The translations under genes and the position numbers were made by a program. From assembly GCA_028534125.1 (NCBI GenBank), contig CM052817.1, positions 62,498,001 through 62,562,000 of the forward strand: 64,000 nt of DNA. Reading direction: 5' to 3'. The notes under the pieces are model-generated. The model did no database searches, was not told where the DNA came from, and saw only the letters and a program-made list of their open reading frames with translations. Each line of letters starts with the position of its first letter. The stretch's first letter is position 1. Shown here piece after piece: positions 51,804 through 64,000 of the stretch. This DNA is from Lama glama. Lineage: Eukaryota.

Positions 51804-52758
51804 TATGGTAGCGACAAAGATTCCCTTCTGACCGAACCCTAAGTCAGGCTCCTCTGAACCGTATTCTCAACTAGTCCCTGATTTTGGAGCTTTGCGTGGC
51901 CCAATTTTAGCAAGAATTCTAAGTAAGTTTAGACAGAACCCCTCGCTCCTACTATCTGATAAGGTTCCTCATCCTCCACCGTTCCCCAGTTGATGTCTGA
52001 TTACCCTGGCCTGTCCTCAGTGAGAATCCTATTAGGTTGGTTTAGCCAGAATCTCCCCTTACCGCTGATGTCACCTCTTAGTAATTTTCCATCCATCGTT
52101 GTCCTACCTGCTCCTTGGCTACAGATTCCTGCTTTTCCTATTGTACTCATAGTTGAGCGTTCTCTCTCTCCCTGACTATAAAACCCTGTTGCAGTAGCCC
52201 CCTGAATAAAGCCTTCATTACTGTCCTTTAACAAGTGTGATGAATAATTTTTTCCTTAACAGTAAGCTGATTCAAAAAATGTCCACATTCTTATTCTCTG
52301 AACTGGTGAATATGTTAGTTTACATGGAAAAGGGAAATTAAATTTTCAGATAGAATCAAGAATGCACATCAGCTAACCTTAAAATAGGGAGATTATCTTG
52401 GATTTCTAGGTAAGAGACAATGTTATTATAAGGGTCCTTAAAAGGGAACGAGGGAGGTAGATGAGCACCAGAGAGATAGCAGCATGAAAGACTCAGCCTG
52501 AATTTGCTGACTCTGATGATGGAAGGAAGGGGTCTGAGCCAAGGAGTGCAGACAGTCTCTACAAGCTGAAAAAGGCAAGGAAACTGATTCTTTCTGGAGC
52601 CGTCAGAAGCAACACAACCGTGCCTATCCCTTGATTTTAGCCCAGTGAGACTGTGTTGAACTTCTGTCCTACAGAACTGTAAGATAATAAACTTGTGTCA
52701 TTTTAGGACCCTAAGTTTATGATAATTTTTTTTCACAGCAGCAATAGAAAATGAATAC
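51804..52758 (+). mobile_element. MLT1D MaLR solo LTR (split by MER31)
   Basis: tatggtag...aaatgtccac..gtgaatatgtta..taaaatagggagattatc..gagccaagga..aaggcaaggaaac..cagaactgtaagataataaa..cagcagcaatagaaaatgaatac. Confidence 0.9.
51812..52261 (+). mobile_element. MER31-like ERV1 solo LTR nested in MLT1D
   Basis: (c)gacaaagattcc..gtcaggctcctctgaacc..ggttcctcatcctccacc..gaataaag..tttccttaaca; flanked by GTAG and GTAA. Confidence 0.85.
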
Positions 52759-52849
52759 TACCTTCATGTGGATTGATTAGAAATCACAGGCCAGTTTAAG
52801 ACAGTGTTAAGGCCTCTGGAGACCAGACAGAACACATGAATTTATATTG

Positions 52850-53265
52850 CCTCCCAGGAAGATTGCCCTGACTGGCGCTTTTTCATGCCTCCCTCTATTT
52901 GGTGCACTTCCTTCCCCTAAACAAGCAGAGTATAATTTACTACCCTTTGACTTTGGATTTGACCATGTGACTTGCTTTAGCCAGTACAGTGAAGCAGAAG
53001 TGAGAGGATGGTGGCTTCAGCCAGGCCTTAACAGGCCTTGGAGGTTTCCCTTGCACTCTGGCATCACTATGAGAAAAGCCTGCCCCAGCTGGTCCCAGAG
53101 GAAAACAAGTGTCACATGGAAAAGAGGCAAACAGCCAGAGGCAAGCTCAGCCTAGATCAGTCAACCCCAGCTGATCTTCAAACATGTGAGAAAAGAATGA
53201 ATGGTGGTTGTTTAAGCCATTGAATTTTGGAGTACTTTTTATGCTGCCATAGCAAAGTCCTACAG
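52850..53265 (+). mobile_element. MaLR solo LTR (MLT1H-like)
   Basis: ccctttgactttggatttgaccatgtgacttgctttagcca..cagcctagatcag..ggttgtttaagccattgaattttggag. Confidence 0.85.
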
Positions 53266-54152
53266 CTCCAGTCTGACACATTTTGTTCTGTTTTGTTTGG
53301 AGTGATAAAGTGATGCATCCTAGCAACTGTCATGCAATAAGGGCCAGCTTTTCACTTGGACGCCTAAATCTGAAAGCTGCTGGAGCCCAGTTCTTCCCAC
53401 CAAAGATCCTTCCTCTGGGCTGACAGTCTACAGTCTTCTCATTTCCCTACTTTAGAAAGGTCACACTTTTGTTAAACATAACTGCCCTCCAACATACCCT
53501 GAGGATCTTAGATCTATATTTTCTGAGGTTTGCCAGAAAGTACGCTATTTTAGTCAGTATTTAAATGTCATGTGTGTACCATAATCCTCTCTGCTGATAT
53601 CCTGGATGTCTGCCTATATTATATATATATATATTCCTTCTGATAGAGTTTCGGAAATAAAATGGTTCCAGCCAAGGAGCAAATGTTTTTGCTATTATTG
53701 ATTAAGCATTGGGAACGGAGGAACATTTTATACAGTTGCAAAGTTTCTTTTAAGCATTTGGGAAAGAAAAGTCCCTTACCATCCATCTATTTCTTCCCAT
53801 GATTTGTTCAGTTCTCAATCCACTGTAAGATATTTTACATAAAATTTGTCAAGGCACAGCTTTGCCCCCAAATGTTGTTGTGTATCTGTAATGCTGATAT
53901 TCTGCTGTTTCACTTGGGAAGGATGAAGAGAATGAAAAATGAGCAAGTAGGTTGGGGAAAACAGAATCACAGTTCTTACATTTTCCTACTATGCTCATAT
54001 TTCAATAGTTTTTAAAGATTTAAGATGCTCTAAACTGAGCTTCTTAAATTACTAAATACTGTACAATTATATACAGCAACACAGGAAAATGGGGTGCATA
54101 CAATAAAAGACATAGCAAGTTCAGATTGATTATGAGATTTTGAACTTCTGGA

Positions 54153-54296
54153 CTTCTCTTCCATTAGACCGTAATCTCCGTGAAGACAGGATTGGATCTC
54201 TGTTGACTGGTTGTTTTGTCCACAGTAACTAGCACAGGACTTAAACCATTTATCAGTGATCAATAAGTATTTGGTGAATTAGAATCAATGAATGAC
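54153..54296 (+). mobile_element. L2 3' end
   Basis: cattagaccgtaatctccgtgaagacagga..ctagcacagg..tcaataagtatttggtgaat..aatgaatga. Confidence 0.8.
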
Positions 54297-55604
54297 TGAG
54301 TTGTGCTTTAGACACTGTGAACCATTTATATGTAGCCCAAGACTATTTGCACTAAAATGGAGGGTCTAATAACTATATTTTAGGTAGGGTTTGCTCTTTG
54401 ACTTGAGATGAAAGAGAATGTGGCTGTCCAAATGGAAAAACATTATAAATGAGAAGGATCTGGAATCAGCTATACATCCTGGGAAGGATATAAGCTACTT
54501 TCAACTTCTGCTGAAATTGACCCTTTGAGAAGCCATTTCAAAATGAAAGTCACAATTGCAAAGAGAGTAAGATATGCAGTTGCCAATGGACAAAATTTCA
54601 TAATTAGTGATGAGCAGGGGTTAGCAAATTCATGAGTTCAGTGATAACAATTTATAGGATGTTTTTTAAATGTCTGATTTATTTTTAATGTAAAACTTGT
54701 GACAGGTGCACTGTATCATTTTAAACTCTAAGGTATAGATTATAGAGAAACAAGAACAGAAAAGTTGGTGTTTTTCTTCAACATTTTCCCTTCTAGCACA
54801 TAAAGAGTCTTTCTCTGTGTGCAACGTCCAAGGATAAAATTAAGGCTTTTCTCATTGTCTATAGAGGAAAGATGACATATCCTGAAAGACAGAGCCAGTA
54901 TGTTGGCATTGCACTGGCTGACTGTGCATTAGATCAGACAGCAAATTAGATATTGATAGAACTATTTTGAACAGTCGATAAGCTTTCTGATGATTGATAT
55001 CTTTATGCTGCCTGGTAATATCAATGCTGACATTTAGAAACTAGAGAAAGAAACTGTAATATAATATTCTCTTCGTGGAATCCTTAAGTGTAACCCAAGC
55101 TCACAAGTCTCATTACCTTAGAAAGCAGGATTTACAGAGTTGATTTTCACAAGAACAAGGGAAAGAAAATTAAAACATCACCCTTTCCTTTGTGTACAAA
55201 ACTGTCCTTCCAGCCACCTTTCAATCTGAATTAGAGGACGAAGCAGTCAAGTTCTTTAAAGTTCTTCTGGGATGAGGAAAAAAAAAAAAAAAAGAACCCA
55301 TCAGAAAAAGTGTATCTTATACAACAAAAATAAACTAAATGCAGAGCAAATGGTTCATCTCATTAGGTGACTGTTTCTGGTAGGACATTTACCTTAAAAC
55401 TAAGTGCTCAGAAAAACCACAAAATGTATCACTGTCCACTTCTAAATAATATTTTCTGAAATGTAATCAAGAAAGTGGAAGATGATGAAAAGAAAGCACT
55501 GTGATTTATACAACAGCCTCTGTTTGACTTTCTTTCGTCCCCTCTCATCCTCCATTTTATCTTTCAGGAAGAATGTTCTCCAAGGTTAATTAACCAATCA
55601 ATTA

Positions 55605-56060
55605 AATACTTTATTTATTCACCCATTTATTAATTCAGCAAATATTTAGGAAATGCCAATTATGTGTGTCATTGTTATAGACACTGCAAAACAGCAGGAT
55701 ATAAAACATATACAAATATCTCCCCTCAGAGCTTACCTTCTGGTGGGCAAAGGCAGATTATTAGCAAGTTAATAAATGAAGTATACAGGCGGTCTACTGG
55801 TGACTAGTGCGAAGTAGGTAAAAAAATTGATGAGAAAGTTAGGAAATGTCATGAGGTGAGATTTGCTATTAGGAACGTCTGATAAGTGTGGACTGCTCAG
55901 TTGCATTTGTATTTAGATTTTAAAAGATAATTATTTTAGTATGAGTATGTCCCACATATTACTAAGAGAGCAAAGGAAAAAGCCATTGAAGATGGGGTCA
56001 CAGTGGATTTGGTGAAAAAATGATGTCATGGTCTTGTATAGGTGTGAGGAGTTAGAGGAA
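55605..56060 (-). mobile_element. L2 3' end with a half MER53-like insert at ~55868-55962
   Basis: attcagcaaatatttaggaaatgccaattatgtg..cccctcagagcttaccttct; ttattttagtatgagtatgtcccacatatt resembles one MER53 arm. Confidence 0.75.
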
Positions 56061-56139
56061 ATCTTGAACAAGTAGAGACATAAGAGGATGTAAAAAATGC
56101 GAGTTAGATTTTTGGATGTGAAAATTAAAATTTTAGATA

Positions 56140-57125
56140 TAAACCTTTTCCTGGGATGAAAAATACAGTGGATGGGATTAATGACAGATAAGACATTCTG
56201 GAGGAGGGATTAATAACTTTGAAGACACAACAGAAATCATCCCAAATAAATTACAAATAGAAAAAAACGATTAATCAGTGAGCTATGGGAGAAGTCAAAG
56301 GACCTGATATAAATACAATTGGAGTCCTCTGGAAAAAGGAAAACAATAAAAAAGGAGAAGAAACAATGGATGAACACTTTCCAAATTTGACGAAAACGAT
56401 TAACGCTCAGATATTAAGAATTTCAACAAAACTCATGCACAAGAACCATGAAGAAAACTACACCAAAGGACATTGTTGTCAAAGTGTTTAAAACCAGTGA
56501 TAAAGATAATATTTTAAAGGTGTCCAGGGCAAAATCAGAGATTACATGCCTAAGGACAAATATAAGGATTTCTAATCCAAAATAATGTAGGCCAAACCCA
56601 GAGGATATTGCATTATTTTTTATTAGAAATCTGCTATGCTATGAGAAAGTAAAAACAAAACCAAACCAAACAATATAGAAGCCATGATAATCTGTAAGTC
56701 TATATCCAGGGAAAATACTTTTCAAAATATAAAGGAGAAATAAAGATAATTTCAGATAAACAAAACTTTAAGGAATTCACAAATAGCCAACTAGTACCAC
56801 CAAAAATATTAAGTGAAGTCCTTTAAGGAGAAGGAAAATAATATCAGATGGAAATGTGGTTATACATAAAGCAATACAGATTATCAAAAATGGTAGCTAT
56901 GTGCATAAATACAAAGATTTAAATTTAAAACTCTTGAAAAGCTAATTTATTGTTTAAAGTGAAAATAATAAGCATACTGTACATAACAATATTTATAATT
57001 TATGTAAAATAAAGTTCATGACAAAAATAGCCCAAAGGCCACAAGGAGCGAAATAAAAGTATCCTGTTGGGAGATTCTTATGTTATATCTGAAGTGGTGT
57101 AATATCACTTGAATTTTGACTATAG
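56140..57125 (+). mobile_element. L1M ORF1 region (decayed)
   Basis: ORF 56285..56491 GPDINTIGVLW..EETMDEHFPNLTKTINAQI matches L1 ORF1p RPNIRIIGVPE..EIMAENFPNL; tatatccagggaaaatacttttcaaaa..gaaataaagataatttcagataaac. Confidence 0.9.
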
Positions 57126-57129
57126 TAAC

Positions 57130-60072
57130 CAGACAGCTTTAATGACAGCCCTTAAAGAGTCTTATTTCTAGTAGCCACAGGGCTGATATTGTTGAAAATC
57201 AAACACAATTTTTAGTCTTGGGAGTTTCTGTATTAGAATGACAGTCAAATTCAATCTCTCCTAGTTTCTCATGTGAAAATTAAGGCATTAATCAGGAAAG
57301 AATTAAATCCTTAAACTCAGAATGGGGATGTCTCATTGGACCCAGATAAAACTGACAGTGTTAAATCTGAGACTCCCTTAGAAGCAGAAGCTTTCCCTCA
57401 AAGGGCAAAGGAGACTAGACTTCCTTACGTTGAAAACTCTGTGATAACACAGCCACGAAAGGGGATGCTCATTTCCTCAAGACCCACTACAATCATTGCG
57501 TTGCTCTTAGATTCATAACTAGGGTCACACCTCAGCATATTCCATTAGGGCAGATACACCTTTTCTCCACATTCCAGGAGGAAAAAGAAATAGCTTATAC
57601 ACTGAAAGATGTTTAAGACCTTGCTAATATACAGCAGCAAAAATCTGAGAAACATGTGCAAACAGATTTTAAGTGTGTTAGACCAAAGAGGTCTAGACCA
57701 GCATAAAACACTAGAATAGGCTCAATTCATTTATTTGGGGGTACTTAATCAAGCTTCCAGATTTAATGCTTCAGCTTGTGCAGCTGGATGTGGCTCTCAC
57801 CATTTACTTGGGTGTTTGAGTGGATATAAATGCAATTGTAGCATCCATTTACTAAGACAGATGCCAGAGCTTCCCTGATATGAAAAGAGAATCCAAAGTC
57901 TCCAAGAGAATGCAAAGGGAGACAGAAATGTTGTACTAGGTTTGTTATGTGTGACCTGCACACCTGTCCCACAGCTATGATCCATGAGAAGACCTGAGAA
58001 GACCTTGAAAATACTCTCTTTATTAAGGCGTTGGTAAGTACGTTAGTCATTTATATAGTTAGAGCATCTCTGAAAGGCTCTGTGGCTGCTCTCTACTACA
58101 GGCCAGGGGATGCCACCATTCAGATTGGCTTTCTGATTAAAAAAAAAAAAATGACAGAATCCCAGAATAGCAGAAGCCAAGCAGCAGCACTTAATCATTA
58201 AAGGCAAGGTGGTCACATCAACCATAAAGGGAAACAGGGGCACGCCAGTAATTAGAATGCATTGACCTGCAGAGATCTTTAGTGGTGGCTAATTGATCAC
58301 AGTGTCTCTAGGAATTAAATAAATGGACAGCTCAGTAGCATATTGCTTGATTTACATAATAGGAAAAACTCTAAGTCCAGTAACAAGAAACCTGACTTGG
58401 ATTGCCGAAGTGGAGAATTATGGCCTTTCACCCAGTTTCTATACTTGTCTGCTCACAGTCCCAGAGCCTTTGACTGAAAAAGTCCTGGTCCTCTTGAGAG
58501 AGGACATAGCACAATTGCCGCAAGTACATACTGTAAGTCTTCCTCCAAGCCTTTCCCAAAGAGGTCATCAGTCATTTACTAGAATGACTTTGTTTTGGGG
58601 AAAAAATATACCCAGACATTCTTTTTTAGGGATTACTAGGTGCTGGCACTGAACTGACAGCTTACTCCTGGTGACGTGAAATGCCCCTGTGGTCCACCAG
58701 TCAGAATAGGGGCCTGTGCTGGTCTGATGGAATCTTAACTCTGAATCACAGAGGTCTCAGGAGGTTTGCAGATACTCTACAGTTATTTTTCCAGCTCCTG
58801 AATATCTAATTGAAAATAGACATATTTGACGACTGACAGAATACCCAATTAGCTCTTTAACCCATGTGATGAGGGCCATTATGGTGAGAGTGCCAAATAG
58901 AATTCTTAGAACTTTTTGCCAAGATAGGCTAGTAAACCACAAACAATACAGAATTGCGAAAGTTAATGCCACCATGAAAGAAGCAGGGATAGTATTATCT
59001 ATCACATTTCCATCTTATTTATTAGTTTTACCTGTGCAGAAATCAAAAGGAGAATGACAGTGAACTATTTTAAAGTTAAGCGGCAACTCCAATTGTCCTT
59101 TCTGTACCAGACACAGTATTTTTACTGGAGCAAATCAATGTAGTGCCTCGGACTTGGTATGCCACTCTTGACCTGGTTTATGCATTTTTCTTCATACCAA
59201 TTTTTAAGTATAACTGAAAGCAATTTACTTTTATCTGCAAGGGCAAACAATATAACTTCACAGTATTGCGCCACACTTCAACAATCCAAATGCTCTTTGC
59301 CATGACATTGTCTGCTGAGATCCTGATCATCATGACATTTTGCAAACCATTATAGTGGTCCAATGTATTGGTTACTATCAAGCTGATTGTACCTAAGGAG
59401 CAAGGTATGAGTAAGTTGCATGAGTAGGTGGTTCTGACAACTTTGACACCAAGTCCTGCAGCATTGTGTCCTCCCTCACTTCAAGCCTTTGGATTCCTGT
59501 AAGTTTCCCTGAAACCAAATAACTGATGAAGAGCAAAGTTGATCCAGCTTTAGAAATGGGTCACATGATAAGTTGTGACCACCCCAAAGTGGAATGCTGT
59601 AGCACTATTAACCCATTCAAGGATGACCCTGAAGACCACTGGTGAAGAAGGAAATGGGCGGATGGCCATGGACTTGGAATAAATAAGATTGGAAAGCTGG
59701 CAAAAAGTCAGTTTGGGAAAGGAGTACGTGGATGGATCTCTCAGAATAGATACAGATTGTAAAACTATTTGTGTTCTGTGTGAATGCCCAGCAAAGGGCA
59801 TTCATGCAGAGGAAGCCTGTCATCAACTGAATGGACCAAACAGTAATTAGTGGACAAAATGACATGATCTGTGAATGTCAGTTGGCTTCCTTACCCAGGC
59901 ACTACAGTTCTTGTTCGAGACCATAAAGAGAATGGTCATGATGTTAGAGACAGAGACTGAACAGCATGCGCATCCCCTTCCCAGGGCTAACCTGTTGCTA
60001 CTGCAGAGTGGCTAATCTGCTGACAGAAGAAACCAGCACTGAGTCCCTGATGTGGTACTATTTCATGGGGGT
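57130..60072 (+). mobile_element. Second decayed ERV-L internal region (gag-pro-RT, deletion, RNase H, start of integrase)
   Basis: Gag ALKES..ADIVENQTQ..KIKALIRKE..NGDVSLDPD; dead protease F*GLLGAGTELT at ~58625; ORF 58866..59057 RAIMV..VNHKQYRI..ATMKEAGIV..LPVQKSKG; RNase H entry TLKTTGE at ~59625; integrase-like PALSP*CGTISWG at ~60035. Confidence 0.92.
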
Positions 60073-60074
60073 AA

Positions 60075-60540
60075 GTACTTGGGAGTATATTTGACAAAAT
60101 AGTTCAAGATCTGAACACTGAAAACTACAAAACATTGTTGAGAAACTGAAAAAAAAAAGTAAGTAGACAAATTACTTATTTAATACATGTTGCTGGAGCA
60201 ACTGGAAAATCATATGCAAAACTACAATTTTAATCCATACCTAACAGTATAGAGAAAAAAATAACTCAAAGTGGAGCATGGACCTACATATAAAACCTAA
60301 CATTACATAACTTCTAGAAGAGAATGTAGGGAAAATTTTTGTAACCTTTGGCCAGACAAGGATTTCTTTTATACAGCACCAAAAGCATGACCCACAAGAC
60401 AAAGGATTGTTAAATTGGATTTTATCCAAATTAAGACCTTCTATTCTTTTGAAAGACACTGCTTAGAGAATGGAAAAACAAAATACTGGTTGGGAGAATG
60501 TATTTGCAAATCAAATATCTGATAAAGGATGTGTATCCTG
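60075..60540 (+). mobile_element. L1M ORF2 fragment (probably the same L1 as 56140-57125)
   Basis: caagatctgaacactgaaaactacaaaacattgttgaga (QDLNTENYKTLLR); aacttctagaagagaatgtaggg; tgggagaatgtatttgcaaatcaaatatctgataaagg. Confidence 0.9.
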
Positions 60541-60544
60541 GCTG

Positions 60545-60860
60545 TGAATGGGGAAAAATAAATGAGAGCTGGATGGGAATTTGTAGTCCAAATGTGTTAT
60601 CTTCAGATGGAGAGATTAAGCACATTTCCATGCTGATGGAAAAATAAAACTGAAAGAAAGAGACAGAGTTTGAAGCTATAAAAAGGTGACAAATGAGCAG
60701 AGAACGGAAAGAGTGGGAGGGCCTGAATGGTAAGGTTGGTGTGGTGGGAAATTAGAAGTGTGAATGGCAGGCACCAGGAGGGTGCTGAGGGCACCTCAGT
60801 AAGACAGCTGTAGCAGGGATGCAGTTGCAGGTTTCACAGCAGGATGATGGTCAGGGTTGG
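60545..60860 (-). mobile_element. L2 fragment (possible continuation of 55605-56060)
   Basis: Purine-rich agatggagagattaagcacatttccatgctgatgg pattern; weak. Confidence 0.45.
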
Positions 60861-61919
60861 GATAAGGGAAATTTAGGGTCAGAATGGAATGAGGTTAGAC
60901 GTGCCCCTGGAGGCCTGTTGAGGCTTCACAATGGCAGGCCCAGAGCTGACAGAGTATGACCAGGAATTGAAGACCTTATCCTTTAACTCTTGGTGGTCCA
61001 GTGTTCTTTAAGATTTAATTTGATGCACCCCAAACCTCTTAGCTTACATTATGGGCATGTTTATATTTTTCTGGTATCTCAGTGTTCCATCTATAATCCT
61101 TCTCATATCCTCTCCCCAAACTATATTCCTTGGTATGTGGATAACATCCAGCAGGCAGTAAGAACTCTGACTGGACAATCTTGCTTTTTAAGTTCTGTTA
61201 TTGTTTTTGTTTACCACATGAAGTCTGGATTCCCCAGAGAACCAGGCCTGTCACTTTTCAAGCCTAATTCTAAGAAAAACAGTTCCCAAGATTTTACATA
61301 GGAGCCCTCCTTGGCTTTCTTGATCCTTCCCCACAAACTCCCTTTATTATTATAGTAAGCAGACTAACCCATGTCCAATAAAAAAGCTAAAACCAAATAA
61401 TAGAAGAGGCAGGAGTAGAGTCTTCTGAAATTTGCCTTTTTGAAGGATCTTTTTCTTCTTCAAAGTTGATTGAGCTATCATGATCCACTTCAACACTAAA
61501 AATGTGCTAAATATCCATTCTGTACAGAATCTGTTGCCTAGATGTTACTTTTGGTACAGATGTATCCTCCTAACATTTAGCATCCTAAAGAACATACGTT
61601 TTATATAGCACATGGGAACATTTCATCCCTAAAAACAGAATGAAAAGGATGATATAGAAAATGCTAATATGGTTTAGAGATTCTCTATACAGCACTTAAT
61701 CAAGTGGGGAAAAAAAAAGGAATACCAATTATGTGAACAAGATAAAGATCCGGATGAAAGCAAGACAGTCATGAGGGAAATTGTGACTAAATATGACCTA
61801 GGGAAAGAAAAAGAGATGTAAATCTTATGCCCTAAGAAGGTCAACTTTATTAAACTAGTAAGCTTTCGACTAGTTCCTCCTAGGTGTCTGTGACGTTAAA
61901 GATTTGAGAAATATAGAGA

Positions 61920-62125
61920 AAAGAGATCTGAATTGAAAAATCTAAAGATTTGGGTTCATACTTTGCCTTCACCATTGAATTGCTGAATGACTATGGACAG
62001 ATAATGGAACCTCAGTTTAATTACCTGTAATATGACCATAATTAAACTTGTGCCATCTGGTTGTCAGAGATCAAAATGAGGAAGTTTATTTGGGGGCTTT
62101 ATAAATTGTGAAACATATTGCTTCA
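61920..62125 (+). mobile_element. MIR SINE
   Basis: gatttgggttcatactttgccttcacca..tgactatggacag..aacctcagttt..acctgtaatatg..ggttgtcagagatcaaaatgag. Confidence 0.75.
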
Positions 62126-64000
62126 CTCTGATTACCCTGAAAATAATTGTATGTTTGTTATTGTTTGTATTATTTCTGTTAATACATAACTATATGTCGA
62201 CCAAGTAAAAATATCTTGAAAACAAGATAGAAATTCTAAGGTAGACAGCTACTCTGCATGCAGAGAAGTGCCCTTCCCTTCTTTAAATCTGGTCTATAGA
62301 GGCCCTTGAAAATATAAGAGGATGATATTTCAGAGCTGGAGAAGTAGCTCTCTTCTAAATGGGAATGCATGCCTGACTGCTTCACATATTAATCATAAGA
62401 TAGTTATCAAATTAACTGAAAGCTGTTGCAATCCCAAGCATGCTTTAAAATAATAAGTTAAAATATCAAATAATAAAAAGGGTCTGGTAGAGTTAAGTTT
62501 TGCTTTTCCTATTTATTTCTGTCTTTATATTAATAACACTTATACAGTGTGATAAATTACTAATTTGTTCTTTATGCATTCCAAAGCTGATAGACTACGT
62601 GTCGCAGTCTGGAACGTAGAGCATCACTGTGTGTATCAGAGTCTGGCAGTTTCTTTGACTCTTGGAGGCCATTGTGTTCTATGATGTGTTTGATAAGTAG
62701 CTTCCACCAAATACACTTTTCAGAGAGAAAGACAGGTTTTTAGACAATTAACAACACTTTTGAGATAAGAAGTTTGGAATATCTATGGTTGGAATAGCTG
62801 ACACAGCTCTGTATAGCCTGATGAAAAAGTGAAGTGGCTGTTTTACTTTAGGATTTCTTAAGATTTAAAGTATATTTATTTCAATTGTGCCTCATAATAT
62901 TTAAAATAATACTCTCACAACACACACAAAATTACTGGATGTTATTTTTAGACATTTAGGTGCTCTTACCGTAATTGCTATGAGGAAAGGCAATAGGACC
63001 AAATCTAGTACTGATAGAATCAAAATGCTATATTTAGCCTGCACGAAAACTTTCTTCTGGGAATTACATAATGCTCTGTCCTATTTAACATAGCATATGG
63101 ATGTAGCATATACCATTATTGTAGTCTTCCTTTTCTATCAAAATGCTAATGAATAAAAAGGGATTTCATTTTTATTAAGGAGGGTAGACATACAAGTGTG
63201 GGAGAGTGAATTAAAAACAAACCTACTGGGAGAAGAGATAAGAATTCTAGACATCTGCGTGATTCTTCCTCTCACATATCAAACTCAGAATCATACACCC
63301 ACTGGGAAGAGGGGAAGTATTAAAATACAAAAGAAAACTGAACCCAAACTTATGAAAGAATAGCACCAAAAGTATTCAGTAAAAGCAATCAGTTTTCTTA
63401 TTTTCTTCATAAACAACATTGGTATTCTTAAAATCTAGGGGCACACATAGTAGGTGGTTTTATCTTTTCTTCTTTTTGTCATTTAAAAAAATATTTAAGA
63501 AAAATGTAATAATACTAGCATTTTACTGTTCTGAAATTTTCTCCTCATGTCTGTGTTTTTCCTTGCTGACATGCCTTTGGCTAATTCAATATACATTACT
63601 GTCTCCTTTTGCCTGCAAAAAATGTTATGAATCTGATCCTAGTTTAATCTTTATCCCAAATCCATACCACCCTTTCAGGTTTCAGATCCATTCAAGTATG
63701 TCTCTTATAGAGCCATTTAGATGGGTAAATTAGGTACCCTGAAAAGTCATTAGATGACTTCACTTTCTATTCTTTTTTGTCGGAAAATTAGAAACAAGTG
63801 TTCCTCCTTAAAATAAAAATGCTTTTGTTTTGACATTCAGCTGAATTGTTTGAGAGACCGTTTTTCATGATGATCACTAACAAAAGTGAAGAACCTGAAA
63901 GAAACCATGCTATTTATGATGGACTTACTGGTGACAGGAAAAGAAAATATTGAAAAGCTGGATGTCCCAACTGGATTTGCAAAGGACGTTAACACTTTAA

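Noticed and set aside
63820..64000. Acceptor at 63840 followed by frame ELFERPFFMMITNKSEEPERNHAIYDGLTGDRKRKY*
   Set aside because: Short, unrecognised, and truncated by the window edge.
1..64000. CRISPR array, tRNA/rRNA genes, operons or prokaryotic defence systems
   Set aside because: The sequence is mammalian repeat-rich DNA; no regularly spaced repeats or structured RNA genes were seen.

Overview
AT-rich, CpG-depleted eutherian genomic DNA with no CpG island and a 500-N assembly gap at 41274-41773. It looks intergenic or deep-intronic. The youngest L1 3' ends resemble cetartiodactyl elements, and I saw no Alu, B1/B2, Bov-tA, PRE-1 or Can-SINE copies, so a camelid is my tentative guess. 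I cannot support any intact protein-coding gene, RNA gene or CRISPR array: the supplied ORFs are chance frames or decayed L1/ERV-L fragments. Much of the window is ancient interspersed repeat (L1M, L2, MIR, MaLR/ERVL/ERV1 solo LTRs, hAT and Tigger MERs). It includes two decayed, apparently LTR-less ERV-L gag-pro-pol bodies at ~1.2-4.2 kb and ~57.1-60.1 kb. The best observations are: (i) the 5' gag segment of the first ERV-L is inverted, in a geometry matching L1 twin priming; (ii) a dense TCF/E-box/CRE/RUNX/ETS/DR4 motif cluster at 28.3-28.5 kb; (iii) a 57-bp paired duplication 1.2 kb apart; (iv) nested insertions; and (v) a few possible plus-strand non-coding exons. I did not find a convincing novel biological system. 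Repeat family names come from recalled consensus sequences, and boundaries are approximate unless TSDs are quoted.
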